Shown here one piece after another: positions 55,051-64,000 of a DNA stretch of 64,000 nt. Made by a program: the position numbers and the translations under genes. The notes under the pieces are model-generated. The model had not been told where the DNA came from, searched no databases, and worked only from the letters and a program-made list of their open reading frames with translations. Positions within the stretch are counted from its first letter, which is position 1, and each line of letters opens with the position of its first letter. Source of the DNA: Lama glama. Its lineage: Eukaryota. Location of the stretch: assembly GCA_028534125.1 (NCBI GenBank), contig CM052817.1:30134001-30198000 (forward strand), read 5' to 3'.

Positions 55051-55939
55051 AGAGAGACAATGTCCAGCGATGTGTAGAATGCTGGCAAATATAACTTGGC
55101 ACATTTATCGCTACCTCACTTGTACCTATGACTTCCTAATGAACCATGCTCAGCTTTAAGAGAAGTTCTTTACTGGCATTTTCATGCAATAGAAGTACCT
55201 AGTTTTGTACAAATTCCTAACTGCTCGGAGTTGGAAGACCAAACAGCCTTTGTACCCTTCTCAGATGGCCACACTTCGGAGGGTGAGCAGCCTTATTCTG
55301 CTAACTTGTATTCAGCCCATACTCGTCTGTTTCTCTACAACGAAGGAAAAATTGGTTTTAGATTTCTGTTCCAAGAAACTTGTTTTCTACTCTATTTGCC
55401 TTGAAACAAGACACAAAAAGATGGCAGAAATTTTAGATGGAAGAGGTATTGCAGATCATTAGCTACAGTTGCCTCAACTTCATGTTTTGGAAACTGAGGC
55501 ATGAAGATAATCATTGGCCTTTTATAGAAAGAAAGGGGATTTTCATATAGAAACTAGTGTATTTACGCCCTTGTACACTGCTTTGCCAAAACAGCCTCTT
55601 TTGATCGAAGCAAAGTCCCTTTTGTCTCCTAGTGTGTTTAAAATTAAAACACAGTCAATTCTTTAAGAACTTGGATCCTCCGGGTTTATAATCTGGTCTC
55701 TATCTAGCATTCTAATACAAACCACGTATAATATTTTTTAAAGGAAATCACACGTTTCATCTGTCCAAAAATAAAATTTTGGAGCAACTTAAACAGAATA
55801 TAAAATAATTTAAAGAGAGAGCTCTATTATTTTTTTACCATCAAGATTACACATTTGGTAAAATTTTATTTACCACAGTAATATACTCAGAATTAAATTA
55901 GTTTTTTATAATGAATTATTATTAGTTCACAAGCTTGAC

Positions 55940-56030
55940 GTCACCCACCCAAGTACTAACCAGGCCCGACCCTGCTTAGCTTCCGAGATCAGACAAGATC
56001 GGGAGTGTTCAGGGTAGTATGGCCATAGAT
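55940..56030 (-). pseudogene. 3'-truncated 5S rRNA retropseudogene (nt 1-91), no poly(A)
   Basis: Minus strand ATCTATGGCCATACTACCCTGAACACTCCCGATCTTGTCTGATCTCGGAAGCTAAGCAGGGTCGGGCCTGGTTAGTACTTGGGTGGGTGAC, 8 differences from recalled mammalian 5S. 8-bp TSD acaagctt at 55929-55936 and 56031-56038. Confidence 0.95.
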
Positions 56031-56534
56031 ACAAGCTTCATGTCAGTATTTTCCCCAAGACTAGCTAACTGCAATGTCCAATGCATTTTTTGAAGCAGAG
56101 TTCAAATGCCACCATGCATTTACCACAAATTAGTTTTAATTTGTTAACTATAGCTATAGATAGGGATATGACCTTATTTATATAGAATGTGACAGAATTA
56201 GAGTGTACTGATAACTGAGTAGAGAAATTGAATTTAACATTACAAATCATATCCACAGACTTTAATGGTCAACCTAATATTTACTTGCAATTTTATAAAA
56301 GCATTATCATAAGGAATGACTTTATCTGTGATTGTACTCTGAAAAATGTAAGGTTTATCACTGCAACCTTTAGAAACATAAATTATGAATTCCTAATTGT
56401 CAGAGTAAAACATGACAGTAATAATAGTAATAGTAATAATAATAATGAGTACTTAAAGGGCCTCTTCTCTTCATTGCACTGTATGCTTCATGAATGCCCC
56501 CTGAGGTTGTACAATGCGGCAGTCTTAGCTGAGA

Positions 56535-56700
56535 ACTTCCTTGCTACTCAGACTGAGGCCCAAGGACCAGCAGCATTGGCATCACCCAGGTCCTATTAGA
56601 AATTCAGCATCTTGAGCTTCATGGAGATACACTGAATTAAAATCTACATTTTGACAATCACCATCCAGGTTATTCATATACAAATTAAAGTTTTAAGTGC
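56535..56700. mobile_element. MER5A-like MITE
   Basis: ggaccagcagcattggcatcacccagg...tattagaaattcagcatctt...aatctacattttgacaa. Confidence 0.7.
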
Positions 56701-56786
56701 CTTAACTATATCAACTCATTATTGGAATTAATATTTTCCATTTTACAGAGTAGGAAATTGAGGCACAAAATGATTAAGCAACTTTT

Positions 56787-56946
56787 TAAAAATATTTTTT
56801 TAATTTTTAATTTTATTTATTTAACTTTTAGGGGGAGAGGTAGCTAGGTTTACTTATTTATTTTTAGAGGAGGTACTGGGGATTGAACACAGGGCCTTGT
56901 GTATGCTAAGCATGAGCTCTACCACTTAAGCTATACCCTATCCCTC
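56787..56946 (-). mobile_element. tRNA-derived SINE of camelid (vic-1-like) type, inserted in a MIR
   Basis: Minus strand gggtatagcttaagtggtagagc (A box)...tgtgttcaatcccc (B box)...aaataaataagtaaacctagctacctctccccc plus an A-rich tail. Perfect 18-bp TSD aatgattaagcaactttt (56769-56786 and 56947-56964). Confidence 0.9.
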
Positions 56947-56980
56947 AATGATTAAGCAACTTTTATTAGCATTAGTAAAT

Positions 56981-57497
56981 GTGATAGGCATTGCCAGTGG
57001 CTTACTGAATATCCAATACATCTTCCTTCTCTGTAATAAATCTCCAATTTTATTCAGAGCGGAATTGTGCCCACCCCCAGGTAGAGTACTCATTTTTCCA
57101 GATGCTATCCTGGCTTGAAATAGCTATGATATAAATATGGACACTGGCTGCAAGTGGTGGGAAGGTTTAATTTTCTGATGAAGGGAACTACGGGAGCTGG
57201 CACAGTCCCTGCCAATTTAGTCCAGCCTTAACGATGGATATGATAGCTGGAGCTGCAGCAGCCATCTTGGGATCACAAGCTAACGGCGTAAGGACTGAAG
57301 TCAACGTTTAGGAAGAAGTAGAAGAATAAAACAGAGTCTGGGTTCTTGATGATGTTCTTGATGTCATCATTTAATACTTTAGTCAGTACTAGGAGCCACC
57401 TCCCTTTAGACTTCTAGTTTGTGAGAAAAACTGATATCCATTGGAGCCACTGCCGATAGACATTTCAGTTACTTTCAAACACATCCTTAACTGATAA
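56981..57497 (+). mobile_element. MLT1J/I-like MaLR solo LTR
   Basis: tgtgataggc start, gctggagctgcagcagccatcttgg, cagttactttcaaacacatccttaactgata end. Confidence 0.75.
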
Positions 57498-58403
57498 AGG
57501 CTCCCATGCTATTCTTCTTTCACTTATGTCTTATTCTTTTATTCCAACATTATAGAGCTAGGTTTCCTTTGTTCCGAGTGGCATTAAATTTACACTATAA
57601 AAAGCCCCTTGGGGTATTATATCTTCTGCTAATGTCTTCAGAAAGAAGTATGTGAAGTGTCACACCACCCTCTCTGAGTGGGTGGGGGAAAATTAGAGCA
57701 ATGACAGGCCACAAAACTTCCCCAAAGAGAAAGGATCTGATGAAGAGTCACTTCCCACTAACTTTCACATCCACTCACTTCAACATGCTCCTGAACACTT
57801 GCCGTATCTGTGAGAGGTTTTGCTTAACCTCTCGGCTGGTCCAAAGCAGCAGCAATGGCAGCAGAAACTGCAGCTGCGCCCACAACTGGCAGCAGTCCGC
57901 TGTGTGAGGGTGGCATGCCTGTATGAGAATCCGTCACCAAAAATGACAAAGACTAAATTGGCTGACAAAGGCAGGCGACATCAGTGTAACAAGTAGAACT
58001 GCGTCTCAACCTAAACATCTCCATCCTGAGTCAGCAGCTCGGCCCCATGGGACTTCTCATCAGCCCCGAACTTCACAGATGATAATGTAAACCCTCAGTT
58101 ACCCTCCCTGAGCTAATACTATGAGTCAGACCATCAGTTTGGTGGCAGCCAGAAACACCCCCAGGAGTGTGCAGATTATCTGGGAAGCTTGAAAGAATGA
58201 AAGTTGAAAGGAATTCTTCCGCTACAGCAATATTCTCCTCACTGCTTCATCCATCTGGTGTTCTCCTGTAAGAATTCAGGACCTATGATTCTGATTTATA
58301 TGTTTTAAGAATAGCAAATCGATTTTTGATATTTAACCTACTTTAAATGCCAACATACTATAATATAAGCACCACTTATCATGTTTCTCTACGTGTAGTT
58401 TTT

Positions 58404-58715
58404 TTTCTTTTTAAAGAGAAAAGTGCTTTATTGTTTAATGTTTTTCTTTTCTAATATTCCTATTTTTATTGAAGTGTAGTTGATTTACAATGTTAGTTTC
58501 AGGTGTACAGCAGAGCAATTCAGTTATGCATACACATATATACATATATTTTTTTTAGTTTCTTTTCCTTTATGGCTCATTACAAGAAATTGATATAGTT
58601 CCTTGTGCTGTACAATAGGTCTTGTTGTTTATCTATTTTATATATAGTAGTGTGTATCTGTTAATCCCAAACTCCTAATCTTATCCTTCCTCCCCTCATT
58701 CCCCTCTGGTAACCA
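58404..58715 (-). mobile_element. Short L1 3' end with a possible short 3' extension
   Basis: ttttattgaagtgtagttgatttacaat...cccctctggtaaccata. A second AATAAA at 58427-58432 precedes an A tail. Confidence 0.85.
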
Positions 58716-58739
58716 TAGTTCTTGACAGTCTTCATTGAT

Positions 58740-59450
58740 CCTATAATTCTGTGATCATTACTAAGGCAAAAGCTACTCAAAATGATAAAAGGATGCTCTC
58801 AGTTTTAGTTTGGAGGGACTAAAGGGACTTTGCTCTCTTACTAATGCTCTATTGACAGCTTCCATTAAAATAGCTCTACATTTACCCCCGTTCCATTATA
58901 ACATTTTCACCACCTAAACCCACTCCATTTACTCTTAAGATTCTAGAGTTTCTCTTCCTCTAGTAGCTGTTGGATGAGTCCTCTGCTATTCTTCAAAGCA
59001 CAGTCATCAGCTTCACATTTTTTGCTTCAACGATTATCCTTTCACATGCCCTAAATAACTGATTAAATCTACCCCCACCCCCAGTCGCCTCTACTAGACC
59101 TGAACACCAGCCTTGGAATCCCATTTTCTTTTAATTAAGACTTCCTCTCTTGGTATTCAAAATTCTAATCCTTCTTGTAAACCTGGCTGGCATTTTAGCC
59201 CACTATTTCTTTTCTTGAGAATTGGAGAGTTTCTCTATGTAATCATGATAACAAAAATGAATTTGTTCCATTTACCCTAATTCTCTGACTATGGTTGATT
59301 TGCTTAATTCTCTGGTAAAGGCTTCTAAAAACTTCATATAATGGAAAAAATGTGGACCCTCCAACCCAAATATCTGAGCAGGAACTCAGTATTTTTGCTT
59401 CAAAATCTAACATCATCTCAGGAGTAAACTGGAAGCCTCTCATTTCTTTC
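58740..59450 (-). mobile_element. CR1/L3-like LINE reverse-transcriptase fossil
   Basis: Minus-strand translations give LDF..., QRIRVNG and, after a frameshift, a GIP(Q)G-like motif in the order found in CR1/L2 RT. Confidence 0.5.
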
Positions 59451-59536
59451 TAAAACATCCCATGATGTTTGTCTTCCTCCTCCAAACTACCCCTCTGACT
59501 TAAGTCTGGAGCTCTCTTCTGTCCTGAAAAATTTTT

Positions 59537-59561
59537 CTCACACACACACACACACACACAC
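59537..59561. repeat. (CA)n microsatellite
   Basis: Seen directly in the sequence. Confidence 0.9.
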
Positions 59562-61613
59562 CATTCTAAAAGCACCCAATACTTTTACATTCTTAATGGA
59601 AGTCAAATGCCTTTCCAATACTTACTAAGACACTTAGGTATCACTACAAAACATAATCTAGACAATAGTTTTGGGAATGCTCTTGGGAAGCATTAATAAT
59701 TTTTTATCCTTTCTTCAACCTTCCTTCACTTTGTGACCTAACTCTACTCCTCTACTCAAGAGACAAAAATCCAATTGTACCACTTACAATATCACATGCC
59801 TAAAATAGTCATAAAATTTATTAGACTTTACTGACCATCTCTGCAAAATAGTTGAAAATGGCAGTATCTGCTTCTGGACACACATTTTCTGTGGATACTA
59901 TTCAAGAAGAAGGGAAATCTTCCTTTTCCTTTTATTACGTTTTAAGTCAACTTAGTAATATCCTAACCGAACCTACCCTCTAAGAATACTGAAATACTTT
60001 TATACAGAAAGAATAATGCCACACATGCTACTGGAACAATCTTTGTGCTACGTTTTGCATTTAATCCCCTAATAAGGAACTAACAACCTGAATGTCAACA
60101 AAGATATTCATAAAAGGAATGTTCTTATAACAGAGTACTATGTTTTTGAACTTTACGTGAAACTATTTCTGTTTCTAATCATGCGTATTTTAAATATTTA
60201 AATAAACAAGAAATGTAAGAAGATTAAACAAAAATTGGTAGTACTTAATTCATATTAAATTAAGATGGAGATGGAATCATACTTCCCTACATGCTAGTTT
60301 TTCAGCTTGTAATTTGATGTATAAAGGTATCAAAACTACCACCTAATGTAAGTTACTTAAAATGCAAAAACCCATGGAGACTTTGAAGGGATCTCTATGC
60401 ATCTTACAAGTTGATATCCCTAATTTGGTAAACTACTATATAAAAGCTCTTTAAATTTCAACATTAATTTCATTGTTATGATACCTCACTCATAAGTGAC
60501 AAGATCTGTACCTTGAGGAATGATGGTATTTCAAGAGAAAAACAAGTTTTCAGAATTCTGTGTTGGGTCAGGAACATCCAAAATTCACAAGAAATAAACT
60601 AAATACTCATAATAGTACAACTCATATGTCTTTTTTTTTTTAATTTCACAGGGCCTGTCTAGTTACTTTTTAACTCATCTGTAGCTCAAAACAAATTAAG
60701 ATAAGGCAGAAAATAAGTCTTCCTTAGAAAGAGAACTGAGGAGCATCCAGAAGTTTCCACTAGAATTAATACATACCCTACTACCTCTAGGACTTCCACC
60801 CTTACCATAAACCCCCTCACAATCCTGCGACAGACACAGAATGGCATGCTTGCGGGATGCTACACTCTTCTGTAGGTATTACAACTCTCAGCCTGACAGT
60901 AAATATATCAGAACCAACCCTTCTCCTTATGGGAAAAGACTCACAGTTCAAAAAAGAAAAGCACAGTGTAATTACACAATATTTGTAATTAAGGAAAGAG
61001 TAAAGAAACCGATGTTAGGATACTCAAAAAGCAGAAAGAGCCAAAATATGGTGCAATATGAATTTCTAAAGACCTGGTCCTGTTCATTATTCCAGCATTT
61101 CCAGGACCCAGCAAATCCTTGGCCCTTGGTAAGAAACACCTGAATGAATGAGCTACGCTTATAGATACGGAACTTGGCTAGCTTCAGTTGTATGGTACAA
61201 GTAAAGTTGGTTTCTTATTCCTCTAAACTTCAATAGCATGTTCTTGGAATGGAACATGCGTTGTGCTGTTTCAAGTTATTGTGAGAATCACACTGTACCT
61301 CTCTTATCTGCCTTCCAAGGAACTTCAGCCCCTGGAGACCAACACTACCCCGTGTACATCTTTATATCCTGCAAAGTGTCTGGCACATCATAAGCCTTCA
61401 ACATATGTGTGTTAGGGAACAGATACTAGAATAATTTCATTTGACTCTTTTCATGTTAACATATTGAAAAGTAATGACTTGCAGAGGCAATGAGGGGCCA
61501 TGGCCACTACCAGTATAGATTTCTGCAATATGACTGGGCTGCAGCAATCAAAAAAATAATACTAACACAAATGGATGCCTATGGTCCCATTTATCCACTG
61601 CTTATTAAGGGAT

Positions 61614-61665
61614 GAAAGAAAGAAAAAGAAAAAGAGAAAGAGAAAGAGAAAACGAAAAAGAAAAA
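61614..61665. repeat. Imperfect (GAAAAA/GAAAAGA)n purine repeat
   Basis: Seen directly in the sequence. Confidence 0.8.
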
Positions 61666-63599
61666 CCCTTGCTTGCACCTGAGCTTAAAAGCTAGAGAGG
61701 AAACAACATGGTGAGTGAGGAATGCTTGTGCTTAAAAGAGCAAAAATAATAATTCCTCAAAATTAGGACTGTGAACAATGCCTTTCTAGCAGCAATGGTT
61801 GAGAGAAGAAGCAGCTATTAACCCAAAATGTTTTAAGGTGAAAACAAAGCCTTAGCGTCAGTTGATTAAAACGTGGGTAGTATTCTCTGGATCACGCACT
61901 TTGGTGATGCCCCCGTGAATTCTGAGGGAGATGCTGTTTGGGAAGAAAGCGCCACCACCCAATCTAGTGTATACCATTACTGCCATGTACGCATTGAGTC
62001 TGTATTTCCTATAAAATTACCACAAGATATATATGTGTGTGTGTATGTATATATATATATATACATGTATAATTAAAACAACAAACTGAGAAAGAATTCT
62101 ACAAAACTTCACTCTAACCATTTCTGAAGAAGCCCATCTTAGCACATTCCCTGACAACGAGGATGCAAGCAACACAGATCTGTAGTGAGGATGTACAGAA
62201 AGTGTTTCTTCATCTGCTTCAAAATATCAAAAAGAATCCAAAAGTCTGCACCTAACATTAGCCCGTTTCTAGTTTAAGCCAGAATGCACCGTGAAAGTGC
62301 AAACTAGTTCCATGTCACGGGGAGGATACCACGTCAGGCCCCTGACACTTTTGAAGGAACTGATTTTGAAAGTCATGCCCAGAGTTCCCAGCCTCCCAAA
62401 GAGCATTCTGCTTCAGGCACCTAGTACCTTTCTGCTTTCTCTGTTCTGTGCCTCTCACAAAATCATTTTAAATAAAGAGGAAATGAAAAATAACTTGATA
62501 TTGATCATTTACACCTTTACCAAAAGCTATTTACACACTCATGTGAGATCACCCCAGCTTATCTTCATTTTCTCACTCATGAAAGAATCAAACACGGTGT
62601 TTCCTGTGACCTTTTGGCAAACTCAAGTGGGTGGAGAAGATGTGGTGCAGAGTGAAAAAGGCTCTGAAATCTTCTCATGCCTAAAGTTTATCCTGAAGGT
62701 TAGGGATAACTGAAGGCACTTGAGGGGACCTCAGAAGGCTGAGTCACAAGGGAATGGAGACTGCATTGTCTGCGGCTCATGCCTCTTCCAGGAGCAGCAG
62801 CCCCAGTCACAGCTGCTGAACAAGGAGGAGAAGGCTGAACATCACCATGTTTAAGCGGAGGCTCAACATGCCTGAAGTTTACCCTGCCTGCATCTGAGAC
62901 TAGAACTTCTTAAGGGCTCAGTCGCTTCCTCTCTGCTCAGCTTGCAAATCACCTGTCCTTTCCCCACCCTTCAGTTCTGTATAGAGATTTCAGATCCCTC
63001 TCAGTGTGAGCTCCTTGCTGATGCCTCTGCCGCCCCCTCATCTCATAGGATGCAGTCGAGCACCAGGCGTGCACTCTGTAACTACAAGACCCATAGCTTT
63101 TGCCTTTCAAGTTCCTGGCACATCCCAGGTTAGGACAGTGGACAAACGTTCAGTTTTATGTCCCTGAAATCATACTCTACACCATATGGTGAGGTTTTCA
63201 TTCTGTAAATATAACTTTGCTCTTATAGGCAAATTCATGATCATGAATTGATGATGCCAAATTGTTATATGTCTCAATGATAATTATAAAGAACAATAAA
63301 TACAACATATTTCTTTTGTGATTGGCTTTGTTTTCACACATTCAGCACATACACAAAGGTGTGTTACAAAATAAAATCAATAGCATAAGAAACACACAAA
63401 TATACCCTTTCTTTAAAAATAGATGATTTGTGCCACAATTTATCCTTTTTTTAGAAGTCACAGCTTTTATAAATGAAGGGAAACACAGAGATGGCCTCTA
63501 TTGCTTTCATAGTAGGATAATATCTACAAGTATTGCGTTCCTACTCTGTCTGCCAGTCACTCCAAAGGATTTAGATGCTAAAAAAAAATAAATTAAATT

Positions 63600-63780
63600 A
63601 AATCCTTAACAAATCAATAGGTCACACACTTTTACTTCCCTCATTTTACAAATTAAGAAACCAAAGCAAGAAGAGGTTGAGTAACATGCTAAAAGTTTTG
63701 GAGTCAATGTATTGTGGCAACAGAATTCAAATCCAAAGATGCTGGTGTTCCAAGGCACTGATCTTAACCATTCATTACTT
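63600..63780 (-). mobile_element. MIR SINE
   Basis: tccctcattttacaaattaagaaaccaaagc...gaggttgagtaac...agaattcaaatccaa...tcttaacca. Confidence 0.7.
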
Positions 63781-64000
63781 TCTAAAATAATGCAATGCTA
63801 TCCTGAGGTCAGATGTACTCAGGTTCTGGGAGAGGTCAGATTTTTTTGTATTGATTTTAACCACTGAATAGCCTATATTTTGTGTTTATAAATTTGAGAC
63901 TAGGAAAACTCATACAAGCATGTTATCATCTATCTCTCTATAGCCTGAGGGGAAATATCCAAGAGTGAATTTGGAAACTGACCCTCAGACCCTAAGTCTA

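Noticed and set aside
55940..56030. Functional 5S rRNA gene
   Set aside because: Lacks the last 30 nt or so and the terminator, is a single copy, and is flanked by a TSD.
56870..56946. tRNA gene
   Set aside because: It is the tRNA-derived head of a SINE with body, A-rich tail and TSD.

Overview
Mammalian genomic DNA (AT-rich, repeat-rich, with a 500-N scaffold gap) lying inside the GABA-A receptor alpha-2 subunit gene GABRA2 on the minus strand. Four internal coding exons have canonical GT-AG boundaries and splice in frame: 27793-27860 (68 bp), 8306-8526 (221 bp), 6327-6409 (83 bp, Cys-loop) and 1138-1281 (144 bp). The remainder is intron. A camelid-type tRNA-derived SINE, with no Alu, BovB or PRE1 seen, points to a camelid genome. 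The introns hold old TE fossils (L2, MIR, L1M, CR1, MaLR/ERVL LTRs, hAT and mariner MITEs) and several clear L1-mediated events: two TSD-bounded 3' transductions, a U6-L1 chimeric retrocopy and a tailless 5S rRNA retropseudogene, plus an ERV1-type solo LTR. The least explained structure is a 97-bp inverted repeat with a perfect 43-bp core at about 40.1-40.8 kb. Almost all ORFs in the supplied track are spurious, and I found no convincing new protein-coding system. Repeat-family names come from recalled consensus motifs, not from a database search.
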